Below are positions 34,174-44,474 of a DNA stretch of 64,000 nucleotides, in pieces. Location of the stretch: NCBI GenBank assembly GCA_977020255.1, contig CDROCS010006357.1:62001-126000 (forward strand), written 5' to 3'. The DNA is from Obrimoposthia wandeli. Its lineage: Eukaryota. The notes under the pieces are model-generated. The model saw only the letters and a list, made by a program, of their open reading frames with translations. It did not search any database and was not told the DNA's origin. The translations under genes were made by a program, and so were the position numbers. Within the stretch, counting starts at the first letter, position 1. Every line of letters begins with the position of its first letter.

Positions 34174-35373
34174 ATGTCTATGAATATCGGTATGAGTGGT
34201 CTGATAGCGACCTCTGAACAAATGAACTCTATCAGCCACAATATTGCGAACGTTGGTACGGCTGGCTATAAATCGTCACGTACTGAGTTCCAAGATATCT
34301 ATGCGCCTGAATTTGGTGGCGGTGAGATGAACGGTGTCGAAGTTGCCGCTATTCGTCAGAGCTTCAAAAATGGCACCACCACCCCGACAGGCCGTAACGG
34401 TGATTTGGCAATTAACGGTGAAGGTTTCTTCATGGTTGAAAATAATGGCCAAAATATGTTTACCCGTAATGGTGTATTTAACCTTGATAAAGATGGCAAT
34501 TTAGTCGCAAGTGACGGCAGCCATCTGCAAGGTTATGGCGTGTCTGGCACTGGTCAAATTCAAACCGGTACGATTACTGACCTCACGGTTGAGACGGGTG
34601 ATATGCCGGCGCGAAGTTCAACAAAAGTGAATATGGAGGTGAATTTAGATGCGAATTCCTCTGCCATTGATCCCAAAACACCATTTGATCCAGAAAACCC
34701 TTCGACATTTACCTCAAGTGCAACCACGACGGTATATGACTCGTTAGGTGCCGAGCATGAAGTGACGCAGTATTACGTTAAAACCGCAGATAACACATGG
34801 GATGTTAACTATGTTGTTGACGGTGATAAAGCAAGTGCTCAGAAAACAACATTGGCCTTTGATGATAAGGGTAAATTAACGACAAATGATACTTTTGATT
34901 TGGCGTTCATCCCCCAAAATGGTTCAGCGGCACAGACCATTAAGTTTGATGCAGCAGAAACTACTCAGTTTGGTAAGGAATTTGCCATTACCAAAAACAG
35001 CCAAGATGGTCACGCACCCGGTCAGGTTGCAGGTTGGTATTTTGAAGGCGATGGCCGCGTATTTGCTCGTTATTCTAACGGCCAGACTAAAGTGCAAGGC
35101 CAAGTAGCTCTTGCACGATTCCCGAATCAAGAAGGTTTGCAGCAAGCGGGTAATACCCGTTGGACCGAAAGCTTCTCTTCTGGTGCAGCACTGGTGGGCG
35201 CGGCAGGTACCGGTCAGCTTGGTAATGTTCGTACTGGTATGTATGAAAACTCGAACGTTGATTTGAGTAGTGAAATGGTCAATTTGATGTCGGCACAAAG
35301 TAACTATCAAGCGAATGCCAAAACCATCAAAGTGGCTCAGGAAATGACTCAAATTCTGTTCCAGAACCTGTAA
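34174..35373 (+). CDS. flgE: Hook protein FlgE (LfgE)
   Basis: GMSGL...ISHNIANVGTAGYKS, DLAINGEGFF, YDSLG, ENSNVDLSSEMVNLM. Confidence 0.95.
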   Translation: MSMNIGMSGLIATSEQMNSISHNIANVGTAGYKSSRTEFQDIYAPEFGGGEMNGVEVAAIRQSFKNGTTTPTGRNGDLAINGEGFFMVENNGQNMFTRNGVFNLDKDGNLVASDGSHLQGYGVSGTGQIQTGTITDLTVETGDMPARSSTKVNMEVNLDANSSAIDPKTPFDPENPSTFTSSATTTVYDSLGAEHEVTQYYVKTADNTWDVNYVVDGDKASAQKTTLAFDDKGKLTTNDTFDLAFIPQNGSAAQTIKFDAAETTQFGKEFAITKNSQDGHAPGQVAGWYFEGDGRVFARYSNGQTKVQGQVALARFPNQEGLQQAGNTRWTESFSSGAALVGAAGTGQLGNVRTGMYENSNVDLSSEMVNLMSAQSNYQANAKTIKVAQEMTQILFQNL

Positions 35374-35387
35374 TCGGAGCCTAGCAA

Positions 35388-36122
35388 ATGGATAAGATGT
35401 TATTTACTGCCATGTCGGGCGCGAGTCGCGTAATGATGGCGCAGCAGGTGCATGCTAATAATCTGGCTAACGTCAACACTGCAGGTTTTCGTGCCGATAT
35501 TGAACAAGCTGAAAGTGTGGCAGTAAAAGGTAATGGTTTTGAGACCCGAACTCTGGTCGCAGCGCGAGCGGGTGGTACCGACTTTTCACAGGGCGCCTTA
35601 CAGCATACTGATAATCCATTTGATATGGCGATTCGTGGTGACGGTTTTTTTGCGGTTGAAGCCGGAGACAATGACGAAGCGTATACCCGTACAGGTAACT
35701 TCCACTTAGACGCTGAAGGCACATTGCTGTTGGGCGACCGCCCCGTATTGGGCACGGGTGGCCCTATAGTGATCCCTGAATATCAACAGTTAGATATCGG
35801 TGCTGATGGCACCATTTCTATCGTACCGTCAGGTAGCAGCTTGGTTCAGGAAGTGGGTCAATTAAAGCTGGTGAAGCCAGATTTAGCGAATTTGCATAAA
35901 AGCGAAGATGGTTTATTCCGTGTCGCTGGGCAAGGGGGTCAGGCTGAAGCGGATGAGAACGTAACAGTGGCCTCTGGTTACATTGAAACCAGTAACGTTA
36001 ATGCGGTTGAATCGATGATTAACAACATGTCTTTGTCTCGAAATTTTGAATTTCAAATCAAAATGATGAAAACCGCGGAAGACTTAGCGAGAGCGGGTAA
36101 TCAAATTGTTCGCGGTAGCTAA
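35388..36122 (+). CDS. flgF: Proximal rod protein FlgF (LfgF)
   Basis: HANNLANVNTAGFRAD, DMAIRGDGFFAV, YIETSNVNAVESM. Confidence 0.94.
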   Translation: MDKMLFTAMSGASRVMMAQQVHANNLANVNTAGFRADIEQAESVAVKGNGFETRTLVAARAGGTDFSQGALQHTDNPFDMAIRGDGFFAVEAGDNDEAYTRTGNFHLDAEGTLLLGDRPVLGTGGPIVIPEYQQLDIGADGTISIVPSGSSLVQEVGQLKLVKPDLANLHKSEDGLFRVAGQGGQAEADENVTVASGYIETSNVNAVESMINNMSLSRNFEFQIKMMKTAEDLARAGNQIVRGS

Positions 36123-36132
36123 TTCATCTCCG

Positions 36133-36195
36133 TCAATAAAGCCGTTCGTCGATAAAACAGTTCATCGATAAAACAGTTCGTAGCGAAAATAGTAC
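36133..36195 (+). repeat. Tandem 16-bp-period repeat (about 4 units) between flgF and flgG
   Basis: TCAATAAAGCCGTTC (36133), TCGATAAAACAGTTC (36149), TCGATAAAACAGTTC (36165), degenerate TAGCGAAAATAGTAC (36181). Confidence 0.75.
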
Positions 36196-36213
36196 TTTTC
36201 AGGAGTAACACAC

Positions 36214-36999
36214 ATGCACGCAGCTCTTTGGGTCAGTAAAACTGGTCTGGCGGCACAAGATACCCAAATGCAGGTTATTTCAAATAACCTAGCAAACGTT
36301 AATACGGTTGGCTTTAAACAAGATCGCGCTGTATTTGAAGATCTGTTTTATCAAATGAAGAAACAGCCAGGTGCAATGACCGATCAGCAAAATGAGAACC
36401 CAGGTGGTCTTCAGTTAGGTAACGGCGTACGTGTTGTTGGTACCCAAAAGCTGATGAAAACGGGGGCTTACCAAAATACCGAGCAAGCAACCGATTTAGC
36501 GGTGCTGGGTTCTGGTTTTTTCCAAATTGAACTGGCAGATGGTAATACCGGCTATACCCGTAATGGTCAGTTCCACCGCAATTCAGAAGGTATGATGGTG
36601 ACGGCTGCGGGTTTACCGTTAATGCCAAACATCGAAATCCCAGAAAATGCGACTAACTTCAGTGTGGGTACCGATGGCATGGTTACCATCTCAACTGCTG
36701 ATGATCCACAACCGCAGGAAATCGGTCAGATTACGTTAGCTAACTTTGCCAACGCTGCGGGCTTACAGTCGCTAGGTGGTAACTTGTTTAAAGAAACTGG
36801 CGCATCGGGCGCACCGATTGAAGGTGTGGGTGGTGAAGATGGATTAGGTCAAATTAGTCAGTTTAGCCTTGAAGGTTCAAACGTTAACGTTGTTGAAGAA
36901 ATGGTTAATATGATCACGACTCAACGTGCGTATGAAATGAATGCCAAAGTGGTCTCAAGTGCCGATCAAATGCTGAAATTTGTCAGTCAATCAATGTGA
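36214..36999 (+). CDS. flgG: Distal rod protein FlgG (LfgG)
   Basis: ISNNLANVNTVGFK, YTRNGQF, LEGSNVNVVEEMVNMITTQRAYEMNAKV. Confidence 0.96.
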   Translation: MHAALWVSKTGLAAQDTQMQVISNNLANVNTVGFKQDRAVFEDLFYQMKKQPGAMTDQQNENPGGLQLGNGVRVVGTQKLMKTGAYQNTEQATDLAVLGSGFFQIELADGNTGYTRNGQFHRNSEGMMVTAAGLPLMPNIEIPENATNFSVGTDGMVTISTADDPQPQEIGQITLANFANAAGLQSLGGNLFKETGASGAPIEGVGGEDGLGQISQFSLEGSNVNVVEEMVNMITTQRAYEMNAKVVSSADQMLKFVSQSM

Positions 37000-37009
37000 G
37001 TATAGCGGC

Positions 37010-37669
37010 ATGTTACGCGTTATTTTTTTACTCGGTATGTTATTTCTGACGGGTTGTGCGCCAGTTTCAAGCTTTGTTGAGGTGCAGCCGAAAGAGAATG
37101 TGCCTGCGATGGAGCTTCCTGAATATATTATTGATCCTGACGGCAGTTTATTCAGTGCCAACTATAGCATGGCACTGTTTCAGGATCGCCGGGCCTTTCG
37201 TATCGGAGATATCTTAACGGTTGATCTCTCTGAGCAGACTCGCTCCAGTAAGAAAGCAGATACCAGTTATGGTAAAGACAGTAATCTCGGGATTGCCGCT
37301 CCAATGATTGCTGGCAAATTACAACCGAAAGGGCAATTTTCTCTAGATGCAGAGCGTGACTTTAAAGGGTCTGCATCAAGCTCACAGCAAAACTCACTGT
37401 CGGGCAGTATTACCGTGATGGTGGTAGACGTGTTGCCTAATGGAGTACTGCGGATCCGTGGTGAAAAATGGCTGAAGCTCAATCAAGGCGATGAATATAT
37501 TCGCTTATCAGGTCTCGTGCGTGTCGATGATATCGACGGTACGAACCGCGTGTCTTCCCAACGTTTGGGTGATGCCCGAATTACCTATTCTGGCCGAGGT
37601 GCACTCGCGGATGCGAATGAATCTGGCTGGTTATCTCGATTCTTTAATAGCTCTTGGTTCCCAATTTAA
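37010..37669 (+). CDS. flgH: L-ring lipoprotein FlgH (LfgH)
   Basis: Lipobox FLTGC after ATG 37010; [36 protein letters not shown]. Confidence 0.94.
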   Translation: MLRVIFLLGMLFLTGCAPVSSFVEVQPKENVPAMELPEYIIDPDGSLFSANYSMALFQDRRAFRIGDILTVDLSEQTRSSKKADTSYGKDSNLGIAAPMIAGKLQPKGQFSLDAERDFKGSASSSQQNSLSGSITVMVVDVLPNGVLRIRGEKWLKLNQGDEYIRLSGLVRVDDIDGTNRVSSQRLGDARITYSGRGALADANESGWLSRFFNSSWFPI

Positions 37670-38778
37670 TGGTTATAAAAAAACACCTTATTGGTTTACT
37701 CCTTATTCTGTGTCCGCTATCGCTTCAAGCGCAACCATTATTCAGTGTGGTTGATATTCAGGGAATTCGTGAGAACCAACTCGTTGGTTATGGTTTAGTG
37801 GTGGGCTTAAGTGGCACCGGGGACAAAAGTCAGACCAAATTCACCTCACAGTCGGTTAAAAACATGCTGAGCCAGTTTGGTGTTCAGTTACCGGCAAATG
37901 TCGATCCAAAATTAAAGAACGTCGCAGCGGTGGCGGTTAATGCCACTCTTCCAGCCCTTGCCAGTAAAGGTCAGTCACTGGATATCACCGTGTTATCGAT
38001 TGGTGATGCGAAAAGCTTGCGCGGCGGTACGTTGTTGCTTACTCCGCTAAAAGGGGCCGATGGTCAGATCTATGCCATTGCACAAGGTAACTTAGTTGTC
38101 GGTGGTGTAGTCGCGCAAGGCAATAGTGGTAGCGGTATTACCATTAATATTCCCACCGCGGGTTTAATTCCCAATGGCGGTATTATTGAGCGTGAAATTA
38201 CATCTTCGTTTTTAACCGCTTCAACGGTTGTTCTTAACTTGAAGAAACCTGGGTTTAACACCGCCAGAAATATCGAAAAGGGGATCAACGAACTCTTTGG
38301 TCCCGATGTTGCTTTGGCGCAAAGCCATGCACGTATTAATGTTCGTGCCCCGCATGATCCGAGTCAGCGGGTGACATTTTTGGCGATGCTTGAAAATTTA
38401 GATATTGAAACTGGCCCTCGCCCAGCACGGGTAGTGTTTAATGCCCGAACCGGTACCATCGTGGTGGGGAAAAATGTCAAAGTACATACCGCAGCAGTAA
38501 GCCACGGTAACCTGACAGTGAGTGTGATGGAAAGCTTCAATGTTAGCCAACCTAATCCTTTTGGCCGTGGTAATACAGCGGTAACACCTGAATCGGATGT
38601 GTCGATCGATCAAGAGCGCGGCAAAGTGTTTATCTGGCCTGACAGCGATGAAGGTACCTCGCTGCAAACGATTGTTGATGCAGTTAATAGCCTTGGCGCT
38701 ACCCCCAACGATCTAATGGCTATTTTAATCGCATTAGATGAAGCGGGTGCACTCGATGGTGAGTTGGTGGTGTTGTAA
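37669..38778 (+). CDS. flgI: P-ring protein FlgI (LfgI)
   Basis: [45 protein letters not shown]; probable start ATG 37669. Confidence 0.95.
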   Translation: MVIKKHLIGLLLILCPLSLQAQPLFSVVDIQGIRENQLVGYGLVVGLSGTGDKSQTKFTSQSVKNMLSQFGVQLPANVDPKLKNVAAVAVNATLPALASKGQSLDITVLSIGDAKSLRGGTLLLTPLKGADGQIYAIAQGNLVVGGVVAQGNSGSGITINIPTAGLIPNGGIIEREITSSFLTASTVVLNLKKPGFNTARNIEKGINELFGPDVALAQSHARINVRAPHDPSQRVTFLAMLENLDIETGPRPARVVFNARTGTIVVGKNVKVHTAAVSHGNLTVSVMESFNVSQPNPFGRGNTAVTPESDVSIDQERGKVFIWPDSDEGTSLQTIVDAVNSLGATPNDLMAILIALDEAGALDGELVVL

Positions 38779-39302
38779 TGAAAATTATTGATAGTGAAAA
38801 CAACTCCACACTGTATAACGACTTAACCAGCATTCAGAACATCAAAGCCAACTCTAATAAGCAAGAAGCGTTAGAACAGGCCGCAGGGCAGTTTGAAGCG
38901 GTGTTTTTACAAACGGTATTGAAGCACATGCGTCAGGCATCAGATGCGATGCAAGATGAAGAAGACGGTTTATTTAATAGTCGTCAGCAAAAGTTTTATC
39001 GTTCGATGCATGACAGCCAGATTGCGGTTGAAATGAGCCAGCAGCAGAGCTTAGGTATTGCAGACATGTTGATTAAGCAACTGGGTCAACATGAAGCATT
39101 TAAGCCACAGCAACAACTGGTCGCTGTTAATCTACAGGGTGAGGCGCTGCCTTCAGGGGCCCATTTACCGTCAGCGGCGGTGAGTCCGGTTATTAATGAA
39201 ACAGATCGTCCTTACAGTAAAGCATCGCAGCCACATTGGTGGCGAGATAGCACGCCCTTGTCTCTGCAACTTAATAACCATTTTGATGACGAAGAATTAT
39301 GA
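38778..39302 (+). CDS. flgJ: Rod-capping protein FlgJ (LfgJ), N-terminal domain only (no muramidase)
   Basis: ALEQAAGQFEAVFLQTVLKHMR...MHDSQIA...LGIADMLIKQL; only 174 aa. Confidence 0.88.
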   Translation: MKIIDSENNSTLYNDLTSIQNIKANSNKQEALEQAAGQFEAVFLQTVLKHMRQASDAMQDEEDGLFNSRQQKFYRSMHDSQIAVEMSQQQSLGIADMLIKQLGQHEAFKPQQQLVAVNLQGEALPSGAHLPSAAVSPVINETDRPYSKASQPHWWRDSTPLSLQLNNHFDDEEL

Positions 39303-40705
39303 GCTTAATTAATATCGGTTTATCAGGCTTGAATGCCTCCAATGCGGGGCTTTCAGTCACATCACATAACATTGCTAATGCGATGACGCCCGGTTTCAGC
39401 CGCCAGCGTGTCGGCTTTGGTGCGCAGATGGATAATGGCTCTCAAGGCGCAGGCGTCGGTGTCAGCAGTGTTGAGCGTATGGCCGATAATTATCTTAATC
39501 AGCAGATCTATAAACAGAACGGCTCATGGGGATTCAACAAAATCAGCTCTCAATATATGCAGAAAACCGAGAGCTTACTCAATAATGCCAGCACCAATAT
39601 TAATACCGGTCTCGATCGTTTTTATGCGGCATTAAGTGAAGCGTCAGCCGCTCCACAAGATATCGCATTTCGTCAGACCATTGTTAGTCAAAGCGAATCG
39701 ATGGTACAGCGTTTCAATAACCTGAGCTCGCAGCTTGAGGGTCAGACCAAGCAAATAAGCGGGCAGTTAGATGCCACCGTCTCTGAAGCTAATACCTTAA
39801 TGGCGGGCATTGCCAGCATGAACGAGAGTATTCGTGATGCAGGTGCCAGTGGTAAAAGCATGACTGACTTGCTTGATGCGAGAGACGAATCTGTTCGCCA
39901 GCTATCGGCACTGGTAGATGTGAATACGACTTACAATGACGACGGTACAATTAGCCTCACCTTAGACAAAGGGCAACCGTTAGTCAGTGGTAGCAGTGCC
40001 AGCGAGCTGAAAAAAGACAATGATGGTTCGTTATCATTACAACGTGGTAATGGCACTTTAGTGCTCGATGATAATATCGGCGGCACCATTGGTGGTTTGG
40101 TTGACTATCGTGATGGCGAGCTTAACGAGCTGAAACGTGAATTAGATGTAATGGCATACAGTTTTGCTACTCAGTTTAATGAAGCACACCAAGCGGGTTT
40201 TGATCTTAATGGTGATCCGGGTAAGGCGGTATTTGGTGGAGTTGATAGCATTGACGGTGCCGCTGAAAATTTAACGCTATTGGTTGATGATCCTAATCAA
40301 CTGGCTTTTGCCTCTAAGGCTGGCGAGCCTGGCAACAGTGAAAATCTTCAGCAGCTGATTGATCTGAAAAATGCGCCAGTAACGATTGATCAGGCCAAAC
40401 TCAGTATTAAAGATGCTGAAACCTACCAGATAGCTATCGCGAAATTGGAGGGTAAATCCCTCAATAACGGTTACACCGGTTTAACTGGTGACTGGGCGAT
40501 CAAAACCGCACAAATTGAGGCTGATACTGAAGCTTCAAAAGCATTGGCGGGGCAAGCTCAGGGTGAACGCGACAGCATTAGCGGGGTAAACCTTGATGAA
40601 GAAGCCGCGAGCATCATGATGTATACCCAGATGTATCAGGCCAATGCAAAAGTAATTTCAACTGCGCAACAGTTGTTTGATGTCACCCTATCGATGTTTC
40701 GTTAA
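39299..40705 (+). CDS. flgK: Hook-filament junction protein FlgK (LfgK)
   Basis: GLSGLNAS...TSHNIANAMTPGFSRQ, LLDARDE, SGVNLDEEAASIM.YTQMYQANAKVI. Confidence 0.95.
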   Translation: MSLINIGLSGLNASNAGLSVTSHNIANAMTPGFSRQRVGFGAQMDNGSQGAGVGVSSVERMADNYLNQQIYKQNGSWGFNKISSQYMQKTESLLNNASTNINTGLDRFYAALSEASAAPQDIAFRQTIVSQSESMVQRFNNLSSQLEGQTKQISGQLDATVSEANTLMAGIASMNESIRDAGASGKSMTDLLDARDESVRQLSALVDVNTTYNDDGTISLTLDKGQPLVSGSSASELKKDNDGSLSLQRGNGTLVLDDNIGGTIGGLVDYRDGELNELKRELDVMAYSFATQFNEAHQAGFDLNGDPGKAVFGGVDSIDGAAENLTLLVDDPNQLAFASKAGEPGNSENLQQLIDLKNAPVTIDQAKLSIKDAETYQIAIAKLEGKSLNNGYTGLTGDWAIKTAQIEADTEASKALAGQAQGERDSISGVNLDEEAASIMMYTQMYQANAKVISTAQQLFDVTLSMFR

Positions 40706-40732
40706 TCGGTATTAAAGTAAAAGGAAAGAAAG

Positions 40733-41647
40733 ATGCGTTTAAGTACAGCTCAGCTTAATACCGTCATGCTAACCAGCATGCAAAGTTCGACAACCGGGGT
40801 GAACAAATCATTTATGCAGATGAACTCGGGCGAAAAGATGCTCAAACCATCTGATGATCCGCTGGGTTCGGTACAGTTAATGATGCTGGATCGCGAACAG
40901 GCTAATATCGGTCAGTTCCAGAAGAACATTACCAACCTTGAAGCGCAACTGGGTAAAACTGAATCACATCTCGATGCGTCAAACAACGCAGTATTGCGCG
41001 TACAAGAGTTGGTCACCAGTGTACTGAATGCCAGTAACAGTACAGTGGAAGGGCGTGAAGCTATCGCGACCGAATTAGAATCGCTGCTTGATCAGTTAAC
41101 CGATACTGCCAACAGTAAAAACCCCAATGGTGATTACATTTTTGCGGGCACCAAGACAGATACCCAGCCAATCACGAAAGATTCGGCAACCGGTAAGTAT
41201 GTTTACAATGGCAATGGTGATAAAAGGATGGTAAAAGTGGCTGAATCGATGAGTATTCCAGCCAACCAGACCGCAGAAGATATTTTCTTTAACGGTGGAA
41301 GTGATATATTCAACGCCCTTGATAAAACCATCGCTGATTTACGTAATCCGGCAATTGAAGGTGCCAGCTTAACGGCCAGCGTAACAGCGGCTCAAAGTGA
41401 TATTGATGGCACATTAAAATCAATCAACCAGATCTGGACAGACGTCGGTGGCCAGCGTAATGCCTTGACCATGGTGCAAGGTTCTCATGCAGATAACAAA
41501 CTGGTGAACAGTAAGTTGATAGGTGATGTAAAAGATTTGGACTACAGTGAAGCTATTTTAGAATTAAACTCTCAAATGGCCGCGTTGCAAGCCACCCAGA
41601 TGACCTACAGCAAAGTCCAGAATTTATCCCTGTTTAAATTGCTATAA
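40733..41647 (+). CDS. flgL: Hook-filament junction protein FlgL (LfgL)
   Basis: SGEKMLKPSDDP, GDYIFAG, DLDYSEAI, AALQATQMTYSKVQNLSLFKLL. Confidence 0.94.
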   Translation: MRLSTAQLNTVMLTSMQSSTTGVNKSFMQMNSGEKMLKPSDDPLGSVQLMMLDREQANIGQFQKNITNLEAQLGKTESHLDASNNAVLRVQELVTSVLNASNSTVEGREAIATELESLLDQLTDTANSKNPNGDYIFAGTKTDTQPITKDSATGKYVYNGNGDKRMVKVAESMSIPANQTAEDIFFNGGSDIFNALDKTIADLRNPAIEGASLTASVTAAQSDIDGTLKSINQIWTDVGGQRNALTMVQGSHADNKLVNSKLIGDVKDLDYSEAILELNSQMAALQATQMTYSKVQNLSLFKLL

Positions 41648-41702
41648 CTGGGGTCACCCGAATGAGCTAGAACAGGCTCTGCCAACAGAAGATGAGGCCA
41701 CC

Positions 41703-42788
41703 TTGGTTAATCATATAACCTCCAGTCATAGTACGCTGCGCAGTAGTGATAGTACCCAAACCGATCGCATTGCGAAGCAACAGCCCGTTGCTGCTGTCGC
41801 GAAAGTTGTAGAAAAAAAATCCAAACAAGAACAACAGCACTCGGCGACAAGCGGTAAGAAACGCAGTTTATTGGTGCAAACTAGCGAGGCGCACCAACAA
41901 GCTGCGCAAGCACAAAGTGCACAAAAAGCCCTGCAAAAAGCCAATGATATGCTGGGCCAATTACGCCAGTTAGCGCGCCGTTCGCTGAATACGCAAGAAG
42001 GTAAAAAAGATCAGCTGCAGCAGTCGCTTCACCAGTTGAAAAGTAAACTGACTAAGCTGACCCGTGAAGCCAAATATGAAGGCGAGCCGGTACTGCATCA
42101 CGATCTTACTCCACGCTTGAGTGGTGAACAGCACAGAGAAGAATTTTCATTTAAAGGCATGCGCTTAAATACCTTGCGCCAACAAGATGAAGTTTTACGC
42201 TTTCAGTTTGACTCTGGTGTACCAAGTTCAGTTCGTAGCCGTATTGATAATGATGAAAACAATCATGAGATTGCCGAGAAGCTTAATAAAGCATTTGCTC
42301 CACGCAGTATTCAGGTAGAAGTCGATAAATACGGTGATTTGGCCTTCAATGTACCCAAGGCGCAGTGGCCAGAAATCAAAAAAGGTATCTGGATGTCTGG
42401 TGGCGGGCAAATTTTACCGGCAGGTAATCCGATAAAAGCCAAGCTTGAACAACATGATAAAACCGCGGTCGAACCGCAAGACTTAGAATTTGGTAAACCA
42501 CAATCAACCCGCAAGGCGCTGGCTGATATTGAACGTATGATGCAAAAAATACAGCAATCATTGGTACATATCAGCAAAGTACAAAGTCAGGTGAGTCAAG
42601 ATTTAGAACGGTTGGTAGCAACCAATATGATGAAGTCTGGAGTAATCAACGACGAAGGGGTCATTGAATCTAGCTGGTTAGAAGCGCCGAATAATGTCTC
42701 TTTGCAGTTGCTTGATAACGCGGTACCGACCTTGCTCGCTCAGGCCAATGCCTCGCGCCACAATGTGGTGGCATTGCTAGAGCCCTAG
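41703..42788 (+). CDS. Divergent flagellin-like protein of unknown function
   Basis: Segment AQSAQKALQKANDMLGQLRQLARRS resembles the flagellin N-terminal helix (AQTAEG.L.E....LQR.R.LA.QS). C-terminus LLAQANASRHNVVALLE resembles the flagellin end (VL.QANQ.P..V..LL). Starts at TTG. Confidence 0.6.
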   Translation: MVNHITSSHSTLRSSDSTQTDRIAKQQPVAAVAKVVEKKSKQEQQHSATSGKKRSLLVQTSEAHQQAAQAQSAQKALQKANDMLGQLRQLARRSLNTQEGKKDQLQQSLHQLKSKLTKLTREAKYEGEPVLHHDLTPRLSGEQHREEFSFKGMRLNTLRQQDEVLRFQFDSGVPSSVRSRIDNDENNHEIAEKLNKAFAPRSIQVEVDKYGDLAFNVPKAQWPEIKKGIWMSGGGQILPAGNPIKAKLEQHDKTAVEPQDLEFGKPQSTRKALADIERMMQKIQQSLVHISKVQSQVSQDLERLVATNMMKSGVINDEGVIESSWLEAPNNVSLQLLDNAVPTLLAQANASRHNVVALLEP

Positions 42789-42843
42789 CCATTATTTACC
42801 TGACGTCTACTTACGTCCTTATCTACGACATCAGTCATGACAT

Positions 42844-42870
42844 AAAAAAGCGAGCTTCGGCTCGCTTTTT
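42844..42870 (+). terminator. Intrinsic terminator after the flagellin-like gene
   Basis: AAAAAAGCGAGC-TTCG-GCTCGCTTTTT. Confidence 0.85.
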
Positions 42871-43019
42871 GCTTTTTAGGGCTAGTCAACTAGACAGACA
42901 AAAAACGTCGTTAGATAGTCGTCAGCCATTTGCAGATAAGCATTCAGCCTTGAACCTTGAACTTTGGCAGTAATGTCACTCTTACTTAGGTTCATTATCA
43001 ATAAAGTGAGAAAAAGTGT

Positions 43020-43046
43020 TTAAGCAATTAAAAAATGGGTCGCATT
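43020..43046 (+). promoter_or_regulatory. Candidate LafS (sigma28-type) promoter of lafA
   Basis: TTAAG-N14-GTCGCATT about 100 nt upstream of the lafA ATG; motif shared with the flgM upstream region. Confidence 0.55.
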
Positions 43047-43149
43047 AGTAAGGTAACGACAGAGAAGTAATGTCTTCATCGCCCCGATAGAGATGTTGCT
43101 TGTTTAATTAAAAATAACATTTTTATACCGAATTAAAGGAAGACCTATC

Positions 43150-44427
43150 ATGGCGATGACCATCAACACTAACTTTGCATCAATGAATGCACAGCGTAAC
43201 CTGCAAACTACGCAGGGTTCACTAAACGGTTCACTAGAGCGTCTGTCTACTGGCTTGCGTATTAACAGCGCAAAAGATGATGCGGCGGGTATGCAAATTG
43301 CTAACCGTATGACTTCTCAAGTTAACGGCCTGAAAGTCGCGCAACGTAACGCTAACGATGGCATCTCTATGGCGCAAACCGCTGAAGGTTCTCTGCAAGA
43401 ATTCACCAACATCCTGCAGCGTCAGCGTGATCTGGCTGTTCAGTCTAAAAATGGTTCTAACTCAGATTCAGACCGTACAGCACTGAATAAAGAATTCCAA
43501 GCGCTGACCAAAGAGCTGGATCGTATCGTAGATACGACTACTTTCGGTAAAGGCGAGAAGCTGTTTGACAAGCTGTCTACTGGTATTGATTTCCAGGTGG
43601 GTGCTGATGTTGATACCGTTATGTTGAAAGGCAGCGTAGCTGATGCGACAGTTGCTACGGATGCATCGAGTGCTACAACATCTGATATTGGGGCTGCACT
43701 AAGCGGTCTGTTGGGCGGCGATAAATCTGCTGCTGAACTGGCACTAATGACTACGCAAATCGCTGCGTTAGCCGCTACAGATGTAAAAGCGGATGAAGCA
43801 CTGGCTGCTGGTGGTGTGGATGCGTTTGCTGCGCTGGGCATTACTGAAACTAAAGACGGTGCCGCAATCAGTGCAACAACTAAGTATGGTGAGCTGGATC
43901 TTCCGAGTGATATTTCAAAGCAGCTAACGGATCTGGGTACGCTAGTAACAGCGGCTACTGCCTATGCTGGTTCAGGTAGCACAGCAACGCCTCAAGCTAA
44001 GACCTTAGTTCTTGCAGACCCTATGATTACAGCAGTGAATGATTATGCTAAAGCGGGTGGTAGTGCTAATTCCGGTAACACCATCAATGTTAAAGTTGAC
44101 TCAGGAGACCTAGATACAACGAATATCGGTGCGATTGATACAGCCGTTGGTGCTGGCATGGCGGTAAGTCAAATTGACACAATGATTGAAAACGTTGGCT
44201 CTATCCAGGCTGACCTAGGTGCAACCCAAAACCGCTTCGGTTCTACTATCAACAACCTTGGCAACATCGCAGAGAACATGTCTGTTGCTAAAGGCCGTAT
44301 CATGGATGCAGACATCGCGGCAGAATCTGCCAACATGACTAAGCAGAATACTATGATGCAAGCGGGTATCACGGTGCTTTCACAAGCAAACCAGATGCCA
44401 AGCATGGTTTCTCAGCTACTACGTTAA
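43150..44427 (+). CDS. lafA: Lateral flagellin LafA
   Basis: [63 protein letters not shown]; large Ala/Thr/Gly-rich variable domain. Confidence 0.95.
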   Translation: MAMTINTNFASMNAQRNLQTTQGSLNGSLERLSTGLRINSAKDDAAGMQIANRMTSQVNGLKVAQRNANDGISMAQTAEGSLQEFTNILQRQRDLAVQSKNGSNSDSDRTALNKEFQALTKELDRIVDTTTFGKGEKLFDKLSTGIDFQVGADVDTVMLKGSVADATVATDASSATTSDIGAALSGLLGGDKSAAELALMTTQIAALAATDVKADEALAAGGVDAFAALGITETKDGAAISATTKYGELDLPSDISKQLTDLGTLVTAATAYAGSGSTATPQAKTLVLADPMITAVNDYAKAGGSANSGNTINVKVDSGDLDTTNIGAIDTAVGAGMAVSQIDTMIENVGSIQADLGATQNRFGSTINNLGNIAENMSVAKGRIMDADIAAESANMTKQNTMMQAGITVLSQANQMPSMVSQLLR

Positions 44428-44474
44428 TTTTCGTAGTCAGCCTGTGGTAAGCCACGGTTTATCACACCTACCTG

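Noticed and set aside
34886-35755. Shadow ORFs overlapping flgE/flgF (similar ones at 18736-19191, 43440-43841, 3703-4050)
   Set aside because: Antisense or off-frame to well-supported genes; explained by codon bias of the real gene.
42965-42980. TGGCAG-TAATG-TCACT upstream of lafA as a sigma54 promoter
   Set aside because: The -12 element lacks TTGC; the sigma28-type motif at 43020 fits better.
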